DNA of 56,980 nucleotides from an uncultured delta proteobacterium (lineage in GTDB: Bacteria > Desulfobacterota > Binatia > UBA9968): assembly GCA_963840855.1 (NCBI GenBank), contig CAWJBB010000016.1:1-56980 (forward strand), read 5' to 3'. Shown in pieces: positions 30,102-39,687 of the stretch (position 1 is the stretch's first letter; each line of letters opens with the position of its first letter). The position numbers and the translations under genes were made by a program. The notes under the pieces were generated by a model. It did not search any database and was not told the DNA's origin. It saw only the letters and a list, made by a program, of their open reading frames with translations.

Positions 30102-30923
30102 ATGGATGCCACAAACCCTCGAGGACCGCTGCGGGAAAACGAGCCCGTTGTGCTGTTGGACCGCAAAGAACGTGAATACCTTGCGCGCCTCGATAGGGCG
30201 CGACCGATCGCCATTCGCGGCGGCACGATCGCCATTGAAGATATCATCGGTCACGACGAAGGTATCGCGGTTCGCTCGTCACTGAACGAACCGTTTCTGG
30301 TTTTTCGCCCCAGCCTGCCGCAACTTATTCCCAACCTGCCGCGCAGCGCGCAGGTGATCTATCCCAAGGACATCGGGCCGATTTTGATTTGGGCCGATCT
30401 GTTTCCCGGTGCGCGCGTGGTCGAAGCCGGCGTCGGCGCCGGCGCGTTGAGCATGGTACTGCTGCGCGCCGTGGGCAAAGAAGGGCGATTGACTTCCTAT
30501 GAACTGCGTGAGGACTTCGGCGAGTTGGCACGGCGAAACGTCGCTCGTTATTTTGGCCCCGCCCCCAACTGGACCGTGAAGCTCGGCGACGTTGGGGCCC
30601 AACTCGATGAAACCGACATCGACCGAGTCATTCTCGATTTGCCCGAACCGTGGCAAGTGATCGAGCGGGCCTGGCAGGCGTTGCGACCCGGCGGAATATT
30701 GCTGTGTTATCTCCCTACTGTGCTGCAAGTAAAAAATCTGGTGGACGCGCTGCGCGAAGATCGGCGTTTCGCCTGTATAGAGACCAGCGAAAATCTGATG
30801 CGCTTCTGGCACTTCAAAGGCATGAGCGCCCGCCCGCAACATCGCATGGTCGCCCACACCGGTTTTCTCACCTCGGCGCGCCGCCTCGCCAACGGCCAAA
30901 GAGATATCCCGCGCGCTCCGTGA
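30102..30923 (+). CDS. trmI: tRNA (adenine-N1)-methyltransferase, TrmI/GCD14 family
   Basis: PRSAQVIYPKD, VVEAGVGAGAL, LDLPEPW, HRMVAHTGFL. Confidence 0.9.
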   Translation: MDATNPRGPLRENEPVVLLDRKEREYLARLDRARPIAIRGGTIAIEDIIGHDEGIAVRSSLNEPFLVFRPSLPQLIPNLPRSAQVIYPKDIGPILIWADLFPGARVVEAGVGAGALSMVLLRAVGKEGRLTSYELREDFGELARRNVARYFGPAPNWTVKLGDVGAQLDETDIDRVILDLPEPWQVIERAWQALRPGGILLCYLPTVLQVKNLVDALREDRRFACIETSENLMRFWHFKGMSARPQHRMVAHTGFLTSARRLANGQRDIPRAP

Positions 30924-30937
30924 ACCCTGACGGGTTC

Positions 30938-31108
30938 GTTCAAAGTTCAATGTTCAAGGTTCAAAGGTAAGAAGCACGGTTCGAAAATCACACAAACGAT
31001 CGAAATACTTCGAACTTTGAACTCGATGATCTTTTAGGTGTCAGTTTTCAGGTTTAAAGTGTTCGATTTACGACTCTGACCTTGAACTTTGAACGTTGAA
31101 CCTTGAAC
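30938..31108. repeat. GTTCAAN heptamer inverted-repeat element
   Basis: 4x GTTCAAN left arm and 4x NTTGAAC right arm, between convergent genes. Confidence 0.8.
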
Positions 31109-31133
31109 CGCGGACGCGGAGCGTCCGCGTCCG

Positions 31134-31997
31134 TTAGTAACCCTTCTCCAGGCACCAATTGGCGATTTCGATCCGCCGGGCAAACCAGACTTTGGAAAAG
31201 CCCTTGGCGTATTGAATGAACTCTTCGATAATTTTGGTCCGAAACGGCACGCCGGAAACGAACGGGTGGAGATTGAAAGCGAAAAACTTCGGTGCTCCCT
31301 GCTCCCCCTCCCAATAAAGATAATCGAATTGATCCTTCATGATCTGCAGCAGATCTCGTGGCGTGCGCCCCGCGCCATAGGTCGAGTAATCGTTGCATCC
31401 TGGAACGTTATAGGGCACGACGACGACCTTCTTGCCTTTCGATTCGACGGTATAAGGATTATCGGAGTTGAGCGGATCGGCCCACCAGACAAAGCCAGCC
31501 TCGGCTACCAGCTCCAGCGTATCGGGCGTCGAGGCATGACCCGGGGAAAGGTAACCGGTCGGCTTCTGCCCCAAAACCTTTTCGAATGCCGCCACCGTCT
31601 TTTGGATCGACTCTCGTTCCTGCTCGCGGGTGTACATGAAGGAGTACTCGTGCTCGTAACTTTCCGACGAAAATTCATGGCCCTGGGCTTTGAATTCCCG
31701 GCATTCGTCGGCAAACTGCTCCACCTTCAAACCGTTCATAAGAAAGGTCACTTTGAGATTATGGCGCTCGAAGAGATCCATGATGCGCCAGATGCCGATG
31801 CGGTCGCCATATTCCCTCTCGGTGACGGCGGCCAGGTTTTTTTTAAAAACCGCATTCGCCGGCGGAATCGTGTGCGAGCCGTGGCGTTGCAGCGACTCGC
31901 GAGTCGCAAAGTTCTCCGGCCAAACTTCCCACGGAATGATGAAGGTTACGCAGATTTTGGCTTTGTCCGGCCATTCAATTTTTCTCGGTCTACCCAT
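31134..31997 (-). CDS. Polysaccharide deacetylase family protein (PuuE allantoinase-like)
   Basis: EYGDRIGIWRI, PTGYLSP, NDY, FDYLYWEG, LHPFVSG. Confidence 0.8.
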   Translation of the reverse strand: MGRPRKIEWPDKAKICVTFIIPWEVWPENFATRESLQRHGSHTIPPANAVFKKNLAAVTEREYGDRIGIWRIMDLFERHNLKVTFLMNGLKVEQFADECREFKAQGHEFSSESYEHEYSFMYTREQERESIQKTVAAFEKVLGQKPTGYLSPGHASTPDTLELVAEAGFVWWADPLNSDNPYTVESKGKKVVVVPYNVPGCNDYSTYGAGRTPRDLLQIMKDQFDYLYWEGEQGAPKFFAFNLHPFVSGVPFRTKIIEEFIQYAKGFSKVWFARRIEIANWCLEKGY

Positions 31998-32246
31998 GTT
32001 TTGCTCCCTCTCCCGCAAATTTTTCTGCAATCGCCTGAAGCGATCCTAGGAATTCCCTCTGCGACCTCGCGAAAAACGCTTGGCGCGGCGCCCTGACCTG
32101 AAGCAATTTTGCCTCAGGTATCGCGCAGCAAAGATATATTGTACCCCGCCCGGATCGTCAAGCGGAGCACACCATGAAATGGATTCCAGCAGACGAGCTT
32201 GACATCCACGGCATGCGCATCTAAAGATCATTCGCGGTAGCGCGCC

Positions 32247-33218
32247 ATGAAAATCCCAACGCTGTGGTTCGCCGTTCTCCTGTCTTGCAGTCTCACGCCG
32301 AATGCACGGGGGCAAACGCCGCTGGAAAAAGTCGTCATCGCGTACCCCAGCCGCAGCATTGCGTCCATCGATCTCTATATCGCGCAGGAGCGCGGCTTTT
32401 TCCGCCAGGAGGGTTTGGCCGCCGACGTCGTGCAGGTCAGAGGCAATATTGCCGTCACGGCGCTCCTGAGCGGGGAAGCCCACGCCATCAACAACGTCGG
32501 CACCCTGACCCGCGCCATGGAGCGCAGTGATTTGCCGGCGAAAGTCCTGGCGCAAAGTCTTAAGCGAAATCTCTTCTGGCTGGTCACAAAGCCGGACATT
32601 AAATCGCTGAGCGAACTGAAGGGCAAGACTTTCGGCACGACTACCTTTGGCGGCTCTCAGCACCTCGCCGCCAACCGGCTGTTGCAAAGAGCCGGGTTGG
32701 ACCCGGACAAGGACATCACCGTGGTCATCGGCGGCGATGCGCCCGCCCAGCTGCAAAGCCTGCTTGCCGGGGTCATTCAACTTGCCGCCCTTTCGCCGCC
32801 GACGGTGATCCTGGCGCGCGACAAGTTTAAGTTAAGAATTCACGGCAGCACGCTGGACGACCTGCCCAACTTGCAAAATGGTCTCGCCGCATCCGAGAAA
32901 CTTCTGCGCGAGAGAAGAGACCTCGTCAAGCGCATCTTGAGAGCGCGTGCCAAGGGGGCGCGCTATTTTTTTGAAAACGAACGCGGCGCCGGGGAAGTCT
33001 TGGCCAAGTATCTCAACGTGGAGCTGCCGGTGGCTTTGGAATCCCATCGCCTGGCGCGGCCGGCGTTTACAGCCAACGGCATTCCAACCGATAAAGAAGT
33101 GGAAGAGTTTCTCCGCGCCGACGCCGAACTGCTCAAGCTCCGCGAGCCGGTAGCGCCGGCGAAGATTTATGATTTTTCCTTACAGCGGGAAGTGAACCAG
33201 GAACTTGGGATCAGGTAA
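32247..33218 (+). CDS. ABC transporter substrate-binding protein (NMT1/SsuA-like)
   Basis: Signal peptide; LYIAQERGFFRQEGL; DIKSLSELKGK; YDFSL C-terminus. Confidence 0.85.
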   Translation: MKIPTLWFAVLLSCSLTPNARGQTPLEKVVIAYPSRSIASIDLYIAQERGFFRQEGLAADVVQVRGNIAVTALLSGEAHAINNVGTLTRAMERSDLPAKVLAQSLKRNLFWLVTKPDIKSLSELKGKTFGTTTFGGSQHLAANRLLQRAGLDPDKDITVVIGGDAPAQLQSLLAGVIQLAALSPPTVILARDKFKLRIHGSTLDDLPNLQNGLAASEKLLRERRDLVKRILRARAKGARYFFENERGAGEVLAKYLNVELPVALESHRLARPAFTANGIPTDKEVEEFLRADAELLKLREPVAPAKIYDFSLQREVNQELGIR

Positions 33219-33221
33219 ACC

Positions 33222-33287
33222 GTAGCCTGGATGAAGTGCAACGTAATCCAGGAGTCCCGGATTCCGCTACCGCTCCATCCGGGCTAC
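33222..33287. repeat. GTAG-family REP doublet
   Basis: GTAG-CCTGGAT...ATCCAGG facing CCCGGAT...ATCCGGG-CTAC. Confidence 0.75.
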
Positions 33288-33309
33288 AACGCTGCAAAAC
33301 CTACGGATG

Positions 33310-33540
33310 TACAACATTCTCTCGCCCGTGAAGGCTAACGAATCTCGCCAGCTACGCGTTGATGACTTTGTAGTCTTTGCCCGGCTGCATGTTGAAGTGC
33401 TTACCGAGCGTAATAACCATTTCGCTGTAGTCAGCGGACCCCGGTCTGCCCAATCTCAGAGTCTTGCCTTTCAAATCTTCAACTCGTTTGATGTCGGGCG
33501 TAGTGAAGGCTCTCCCTTCGCGTCGGTCAATTTTATGGGA
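33310..33540 (-). pseudogene. Remnant of an NMT1/SsuA-like substrate-binding protein gene
   Basis: PDIKRVEDLKGKTLRLGRPGS...MQPGKDYKVI resembles the core of ORF 32247; ends at a premature TAG with no signal peptide. Confidence 0.5.
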
Positions 33541-33620
33541 GAATGGTCCTAGTGTTGTGCCTAAGGCAAGGCGTGTCTCACTGTCCATAATCCGTGCGTA
33601 AGGTCGTATCCATCTGATTA

Positions 33621-33749
33621 ACCTGGCCGTCGAGAAGGCGGTGGGTGCGAGGCGGAGTGAGGGCTCGCACCGGAGCGTACATCGGCAGTACGTGAGGATG
33701 CGAGTCCGACGCGACAACGAAGCAAGCGCCCCTCATCGGCGGATCAGGT
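33621..33749. mobile_element. MITE-like palindromic element (about 130 bp)
   Basis: Imperfect terminal IRs ACCTGGCCGTCGA / TCGGCGGATCAGGT; central CGTAC-N7-GTACG. Confidence 0.4.
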
Positions 33750-33814
33750 CAGTGTTTGACAGACTTTTACTCTCCGCATACTTTAGGATTTCATTTTGTC
33801 CAGGAGGAACATTC

Positions 33815-34762
33815 ATGAACATTCTTATCACCGGCGCAGGATTGATCGGCACAAACACAGCGCGGCACGCGGTGAACGCCGGCCACAAAGTGGTCTTGTT
33901 CGACCTCGCGCCCAACCGCGAATATATCCAGACAGTCGTCGGTAAGGACAAAGCCGACGTCGTCGCCGCAGACATGCGCGACTTGCCGGCTTTGCTCAGT
34001 GCCCTACAGCGCTACCACATCGATACCATTGCCCACACGGCGGGGTTAATCGGTTCCCGGGTTCAGGAGAATTCTTATACCGGCGCGACCAATAACATTC
34101 TCGGCACGATCAACGTCCTAGAGGCGAGCCGCCTCACGAAGCTTCGGCGCGTGGTCTATGTGAGCACCTTTGGCGTCTATGATCGCGGCAAGATCAAAGA
34201 CAGTGTAGTCAAAGAATCCCATCCGATAGGCGGGCGCAACCTCTACGCCACCACCAAGGTCTGCTCCGAACATCTGGTTCATGCCTACGCTGCCATGTAC
34301 CAGCTCGACACCGTGATCATCCGTCCCGGCGGCGTCTTTGGTCGTGGCTTTTATGTCGGCGGTTCGACCGTTGGCAAGGTCATGCGCGACCTAGCATTGA
34401 GCATGATTAAAGGCGATCCGTTAACCATCGACCTAACGACCTATGGCCCCAATGAGTATGTGTACGGCAAGGACGTTGGCCTTGCGTTGTTTCTCTCCTG
34501 TAAAGCGGAAAACTTGAAGCAACGCACCTACAATGCCGGCACCGGCGTCGTCACCGGCCCGGAAGAGCTGGCGCAGGCGGTGCGGGAACTAGCCCCTAAG
34601 ATCGAGGTAAAAGTCGGCGGTGCACGCACGGCTGACCAGAGCAGAAATATCCCGATGGATATCAGCGTTTCCCGTGCGGAGCTTGGCTACGCGCCGAAGT
34701 TTCCGCTCAAAGAAGCGCTGCAGGACTACATGGACGAGCTGTGGGCGGAGCAACGGGGCTAA
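33815..34762 (+). CDS. NAD-dependent epimerase/dehydratase (extended SDR)
   Basis: ITGAGLIG, HTAG, YVST, YATTK; SD AGGAGG. Confidence 0.9.
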   Translation: MNILITGAGLIGTNTARHAVNAGHKVVLFDLAPNREYIQTVVGKDKADVVAADMRDLPALLSALQRYHIDTIAHTAGLIGSRVQENSYTGATNNILGTINVLEASRLTKLRRVVYVSTFGVYDRGKIKDSVVKESHPIGGRNLYATTKVCSEHLVHAYAAMYQLDTVIIRPGGVFGRGFYVGGSTVGKVMRDLALSMIKGDPLTIDLTTYGPNEYVYGKDVGLALFLSCKAENLKQRTYNAGTGVVTGPEELAQAVRELAPKIEVKVGGARTADQSRNIPMDISVSRAELGYAPKFPLKEALQDYMDELWAEQRG

Positions 34763-34847
34763 TATATTGATCCGGCGAGCAATCGCGGCCTGGCTTAAAG
34801 GTTCCGCGTGTGCGACTGAAAACTCGGGACTTGGAACTAGAAACTGT

Positions 34848-35558
34848 TCAATCTGCCAGCCGGAAGCGGACTATGTAATAGAGCGCGGCGACGCCGTCTT
34901 TCCAGGAGATTTTTTTGCCCTCCTCGTACGTCCGGCCATGATAGGAGATGGGCACTTCGTAGAAGCGGCACCGTTTCTTGGCCAACTTCATGGTGATTTC
35001 CGGCTCGAAACCGAAGCGCTTCGATTTTAGTTCGATGCTTTTCAGCACTTCCGCGCGAAAGACTTTGTAACCGACTTCCATGTCCGAGAGGTTAAGATTG
35101 GTGAGCATATTGGAAAGCAGGGTCAGCGCGTGATTGCCAATCGAGTGCCAAAAGAAGAACACCCGGTGTGCGCCGCCGCCTGCGAAGCGCGTGCCATAGA
35201 CGACGTCGGCGAGACCCCGCTCAATCGGCTCTAGCAGTCCCGGGTAATCCTTGGGATCATATTCCAAATCGGCGTCCTGGACGATAACGATATCCCCCGT
35301 GACATGGCGCAGCGCTTCTCTTAGCGCCGCGCCTTTACCCTGGTTGAATGGCTGAAAAATAACTTTGAGTTGAGTCGCCGGATGGGCGGCCTGATCGTTT
35401 TCTCGCCGCAGTCGCTCAAGGATTTGCCGGCTCTGGTCTTGAGAGCCGTCATCGACCAGGATAATTTCTTTCGGCACGGGTACGGCGTTAACCCGGCGCA
35501 CCACTTCCTCCACCGTCCGTTCTTCGTTATAGACCGGGACCAATACGGAAAGCTTCAC
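34848..35558 (-). CDS. Glycosyltransferase family 2 (DPM1-like polyprenol-phosphate glycosyltransferase)
   Basis: VPVYNE, VDDGS, NQGKG, QDADLEYDP, DMEVGYK, FGFEPE, YEVPISY. Confidence 0.9.
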   Translation of the reverse strand: MKLSVLVPVYNEERTVEEVVRRVNAVPVPKEIILVDDGSQDQSRQILERLRRENDQAAHPATQLKVIFQPFNQGKGAALREALRHVTGDIVIVQDADLEYDPKDYPGLLEPIERGLADVVYGTRFAGGGAHRVFFFWHSIGNHALTLLSNMLTNLNLSDMEVGYKVFRAEVLKSIELKSKRFGFEPEITMKLAKKRCRFYEVPISYHGRTYEEGKKISWKDGVAALYYIVRFRLAD

Positions 35559-36343
35559 TGCTCGAATTCGCGCTTTTTTAGCTCGCGCACGTAGGCGGAA
35601 AGTTTGGCGTCGGCGTTGACGGCTTCGTTGATCTTCGCTTGAAAATCAGCGGCGGCCTGCTCCAGCGGGGTTGTATCCACGCGCAGACCGAGCCATTGAT
35701 TAAGCCGGAGCAGCAGGGCCAAGGTACCGCGGGGATTAGGCGAGACGTTGAGGTAGTGCGGCAGCGAGGCCCACAGACTCGCGTGCGGCACTCCAGCTTT
35801 GCGCGAAGCATCCGCAAGCACGCCGATAATCCCGGTGGGGCCCTGGTAACGGGACGGCCTGAGATCAAGCCCTTCCATGAGTTTGGGGTCCGTGGAAAAT
35901 CCCGTGAGCGGCACCGGGCGTGTGTAGAGCACCTCGTCGAGATAGGCACCTAGAGTTACGACCATCTCCGCGCCGCATTCGCTGGCGAATCGGAGCATGG
36001 TCTCGGTGAAGGTGCGCCAACGCAAATGCGGTTCGATGCCGACGCCGAGCACGAAGTCTCGCGCCACGCCAAGCCCTGGCCCATGATAGAACTCATAGCT
36101 GGGCCAGTGTATTTCCCTGACTTTGCTTTCCGACAAGCGCACCACCGGGCGCTGCCTGTAAAAATCGTAAAACTCTTCGGGATCGATGGAGGCGAATTTT
36201 TTCGCCACCAGTTGATCGCTGAGATAACGCACCGCCGTAGTTGCCGCGGCGCCGGCGTCTCCCCAGCCAGCAAAGGAGAGAAGCAGCACTGGGTTGCGTA
36301 ACGACGGGCGGTTCTCGAAGACAAGAGGATCTGTGGTCATCAT
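35555..36343 (-). CDS. PAC2 (proteasome assembly chaperone-like) family protein
   Basis: FAGWGDAG, IDPEEFYDF..RP, GIEPHLRW, YQGPTGI, WASLPHY, PNPR, YVRELK. Confidence 0.85.
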   Translation of the reverse strand: MMTTDPLVFENRPSLRNPVLLLSFAGWGDAGAAATTAVRYLSDQLVAKKFASIDPEEFYDFYRQRPVVRLSESKVREIHWPSYEFYHGPGLGVARDFVLGVGIEPHLRWRTFTETMLRFASECGAEMVVTLGAYLDEVLYTRPVPLTGFSTDPKLMEGLDLRPSRYQGPTGIIGVLADASRKAGVPHASLWASLPHYLNVSPNPRGTLALLLRLNQWLGLRVDTTPLEQAAADFQAKINEAVNADAKLSAYVRELKKREFEQ

Positions 36344-36379
36344 GGGCGGAGTCTACCACAACCGCGCCCGATCTCACCA

Positions 36380-36407
36380 GTCCAAAATAACTGTCCAAAA
36401 TAACTGT
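36380..36407. repeat. Perfect 13-bp tandem direct repeat in the PAC2/polB divergent region
   Basis: GTCCAAAATAACT x2 plus GT. Confidence 0.8.
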
Positions 36408-36466
36408 TTTTGAGCTCGCGTTGGTGCATAAGTAAATAGACCCGGCTAGGACTTCACGGCCGGCTT

Positions 36467-36475
36467 TGGTATAGT
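36467..36475 (+). promoter_or_regulatory. Extended -10 promoter for polB (very short leader)
   Basis: TG-G-TATAGT 12 nt upstream of ATG 36488; no SD. Confidence 0.5.
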
Positions 36476-36487
36476 GAAATTATATTT

Positions 36488-38854
36488 ATGACCGAACGAA
36501 AACACTCGGTGCCGCCGCTGTTTCAGAACAACCAAGTTCTATTCGGCCACGACTCGACGCCAGGATTGATCGCTTGCGAGATTCAAGGGGTCGATAACGT
36601 CAGGCTTTATTTGCGCGTCGACGGCGAAACCCGCTCGGAGCTTGCGCCGTTCGCGCCTCTGCTGATTCTCGAGGGCGATGATGGCCTCAAGGGATGGACC
36701 GGGGAAGCGAAGGTCGAAGAGCTCACGGGCTCGGGCTCCTTCAATCGCCTGGTTCTATTTCCCGATCTGAAGCAGCTCGACGACGCGAAGAGTTACTTGC
36801 AAAAAAAAACCGGCAAGACGCCTTCCGCAGCCGACGCGCCTTACTGGTATTTCACTGATCCCTTGCACCAGTTTTTTCTCGTATCCGGCAAGACCCAATT
36901 CAAGGGTATGACGTTTCGCGATCTGAAGCGCGTGCAAATCGATATTGAAACCTACTGTCAGGAAGGCTTCTCGTTCCCCAATTCGGCGCGGGACACGGAT
37001 CGCATCACGGCCATTGCGCTCTCCGATTCCAGCGGCTGGGAAAGATTGATTTCCGGCAAGGAATTCGCAGAAGCCGAGATGCTCCGGGAGCTGGTCAAGG
37101 AGGTTCAAAGCCGCGATCCCGACGTGATCGAAGGCCACAATCTTTTTCGTTTCGATCTTGAATACATCGAAGCTCGCGCTAGGAAGCATAAAGTCGCGCT
37201 CAACCTGGGTAGGGATGGCTCGCGCCTCGGCGGCCATGCCTCGCGCATGCAAATCGCCGAGCGCACGATCGCCTACAAAAAATACGAGATCCACGGCCGT
37301 CACATCATCGATACCTGGATTCTGGCGCAGCATTATGATGTCGCGACCCGCGAGCTGGAAAGCTTTGGCCTGAAAGACATCGCGCGCCACTTGGGAGTCG
37401 CCGGCGCTGAGCGCGTCCATGTGCCGGGCGACAAGACCAGCTGGTACTTCGAGCACGACCCCGACACGTTGTTTCGCTACGCCCTGGATGACGTGCGTGA
37501 GATCCGCGCCGTCTCCGATCTCTTATCGCCCAGCTACTTCGTCCAGGCGCAGATCTTTCCCTACAGCTACCAGAACATGCCGCTGCGCGGCAACGCGACC
37601 AAGATCGACGCGCTGTTTCTGCGCGAGTATCTGTACCAGCGGCGCGCCGTGCCGCGGCCGGACGAAGGCCGCGACGTCGTCGGCGGCTTTACCAGCATGG
37701 AGTTTCAAGGCACGGCGCACCGCGTGCTGCACTGCGACGTGACCTCGCTCTACCCGTCGCTCATGCTGGTCTACAACTATCTGCCCAAGAAGGACGAGGT
37801 CGGCGTGATGCGGGGACTGCTGCGCGATCTGCGCGAGTTTCGCGTCAAGGCCAAGGAGTTGGCCCGCGACGCCGGCGAGGAAGAGAGCCGGATCTATTTC
37901 AACGCGCTACAATCGGCGTTTAAGATTCTGATCAATTCATTTTACGGTTATCTCGGTTTTCCGCTGGGCCGTTTCAACGACTTCGATGCCGCCAACCAGG
38001 TGACCGCCAAAGGGCGCGAACTCATCCAGGCCGCGGTGGCGTGGCTCAAGGACAAAGGCGCCCAGATTATCGAAGTCGATACCGATGGCATCTACTTCGT
38101 GCCGCCGCCATCGGTAAAAGACCAGGATGCCGAACAGCATTTCATCGAGGAGTTGGGGGCAATACTTCCGGAAGGCATCGAGCTGGAGCTCGACGGCCGC
38201 TACCCGGCGATGTTCAGCTACAAGATTAAAAACTACGCGCTTCTCGATGACAGAGGGCGGCTGCTGATCAAAGGCTCGGGCCTTCGCTCCCGCGGTCTGG
38301 AATTGTTTCAGCGCGAGTGGTTGGAAGAGATGCTGACGCTGCTCTTGAAAGGGGAGCGAGAAAAGATTCCCGCGCTCTACGAGAGCTACCTGGCGGACAT
38401 CGAACGGCACCGCAAGGACATTTCCTGGCTGGCCAAAACGGAAACGTTGCAAGACTCGCTGGACAGCTATGCAGCAAAGGTCAAGGGCAAGAAGCGTAAC
38501 GCCGCGGCGCCCTATGAATTGGCGTTGAAAGCCGAGCGGCCCTATCAACCCGGCGACCAGATTTCTTACTACGTGACGGGTGGTAAAGCCAAAGTGAAGA
38601 TCAGCGAAAGCTCCAAGCTCGCCTCCCAGTGGGATGCCGAGCGCCCCGACGAAAACGTCGAGCATTACAAGGGGAAGCTTAAAGAACTGTACGAAAAATT
38701 TCGCCCTTTCACCGAGAACAATAACCAGGGTAATTTGACGCTTGAGGATCGCGAATCGAGGAGTGAGAATGGCGATCTTCCATCCTCCATCTTCTACCAT
38801 CGAATACAGTGGCGCGCTGCAAAGTCAATAGGGAATACGGGGCATGGCAAATAG
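36488..38854 (+). CDS. polB: Family B DNA polymerase with 3'-5' exonuclease (Pol II-like)
   Basis: ExoI DIET, ExoII GHNLFRFD, ExoIII YALDD, PolA DVTSLYPS, PolB KILINSFYGYLG, PolC DTDG, KNY. Confidence 0.9.
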   Translation: MTERKHSVPPLFQNNQVLFGHDSTPGLIACEIQGVDNVRLYLRVDGETRSELAPFAPLLILEGDDGLKGWTGEAKVEELTGSGSFNRLVLFPDLKQLDDAKSYLQKKTGKTPSAADAPYWYFTDPLHQFFLVSGKTQFKGMTFRDLKRVQIDIETYCQEGFSFPNSARDTDRITAIALSDSSGWERLISGKEFAEAEMLRELVKEVQSRDPDVIEGHNLFRFDLEYIEARARKHKVALNLGRDGSRLGGHASRMQIAERTIAYKKYEIHGRHIIDTWILAQHYDVATRELESFGLKDIARHLGVAGAERVHVPGDKTSWYFEHDPDTLFRYALDDVREIRAVSDLLSPSYFVQAQIFPYSYQNMPLRGNATKIDALFLREYLYQRRAVPRPDEGRDVVGGFTSMEFQGTAHRVLHCDVTSLYPSLMLVYNYLPKKDEVGVMRGLLRDLREFRVKAKELARDAGEEESRIYFNALQSAFKILINSFYGYLGFPLGRFNDFDAANQVTAKGRELIQAAVAWLKDKGAQIIEVDTDGIYFVPPPSVKDQDAEQHFIEELGAILPEGIELELDGRYPAMFSYKIKNYALLDDRGRLLIKGSGLRSRGLELFQREWLEEMLTLLLKGEREKIPALYESYLADIERHRKDISWLAKTETLQDSLDSYAAKVKGKKRNAAAPYELALKAERPYQPGDQISYYVTGGKAKVKISESSKLASQWDAERPDENVEHYKGKLKELYEKFRPFTENNNQGNLTLEDRESRSENGDLPSSIFYHRIQWRAAKSIGNTGHGK

Positions 38855-39578
38855 AGTGGCATTGATCACCGGCGGCGCCCGCGGCATCGGGCGCGCGGTG
38901 GCGTTGGATTTGGCGGACGAGGGATGGTCCGTGGCGATCTGTTACCGCACCAGCGGCAAGGAAGCGAATGAAGTCATCGAAGCCGCGCGGCAAAAAAACG
39001 CCAGGGCCCTGGCATTTGAATGCGACGTTTCCGATCCGGCGGCGGCGGCGGTCTTGGTGCAAAAAGTCCAGAGCGAATGGGGCCGCATCGACGCCTTGAT
39101 CAACGGCGCCGGACCCTACCATCGGGTATCGCTGCTCCAGGAGACCAACGAAGGCTGGCACTCGATGTTCGACAACAACCTCCATCCGGTTTTTTATTTG
39201 AGCCAGGCGGTGATTCCAGTTATGCGCGAGCAACAGTGGGGGCGCATCGTCTGCTTCAGCATGGCCAACGCTGAGCAACTCATCGCCCAACCTCAGCTTA
39301 CCGCTCACTACATCAGCAAAGTCGGCCTGCTCGCCCTAGCGCGCTCATTTGCCCGCTTGGTGGCGCCCTATGGCATTACCATGAATTGCGTTGCGCCGGG
39401 CTTCATCGATTCGGGCAGCGCTCCGAAACAGGAACTCGAAAAGATGGTCAAGTTTATTCCCGCCGGCTACGTCGGCAACGTCAGCGACGTAGTGGCGGCG
39501 GTGCGCTTTTTACTTTCCGAAGCGGCGCGTTACGTCAACGGCGCCAATATCCAGGTGAGCGGGGCTTGGGGAATTTAG
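38844..39578 (+). CDS. SDR family oxidoreductase (FabG-like)
   Basis: TGGARGIG, LINGAG, YISK, NCVAPG. Confidence 0.9.
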   Translation: MANRVALITGGARGIGRAVALDLADEGWSVAICYRTSGKEANEVIEAARQKNARALAFECDVSDPAAAAVLVQKVQSEWGRIDALINGAGPYHRVSLLQETNEGWHSMFDNNLHPVFYLSQAVIPVMREQQWGRIVCFSMANAEQLIAQPQLTAHYISKVGLLALARSFARLVAPYGITMNCVAPGFIDSGSAPKQELEKMVKFIPAGYVGNVSDVVAAVRFLLSEAARYVNGANIQVSGAWGI

Positions 39579-39687
39579 ATAGAAGAGATAGAATTGAGGA
39601 TATAAATCCAGGGAGACAGAAGTCAGCAATCAGAAGGGCGCGGCGAGCGGATTTTGACTTCTGGATCCTGATTTCTTTGTGACAATC

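Noticed and set aside
30938-31108. CRISPR array interpretation of the GTTCAA/TTGAAC repeats
   Set aside because: Units are 7-bp tandem and inverted with no regular repeat-spacer alternation, and no cas genes are present
36488-38854. Pipolin, casposon or prophage around polB
   Set aside because: No integrase, Cas1, att/TIR sites or phage genes; the flanks are ordinary chromosomal genes
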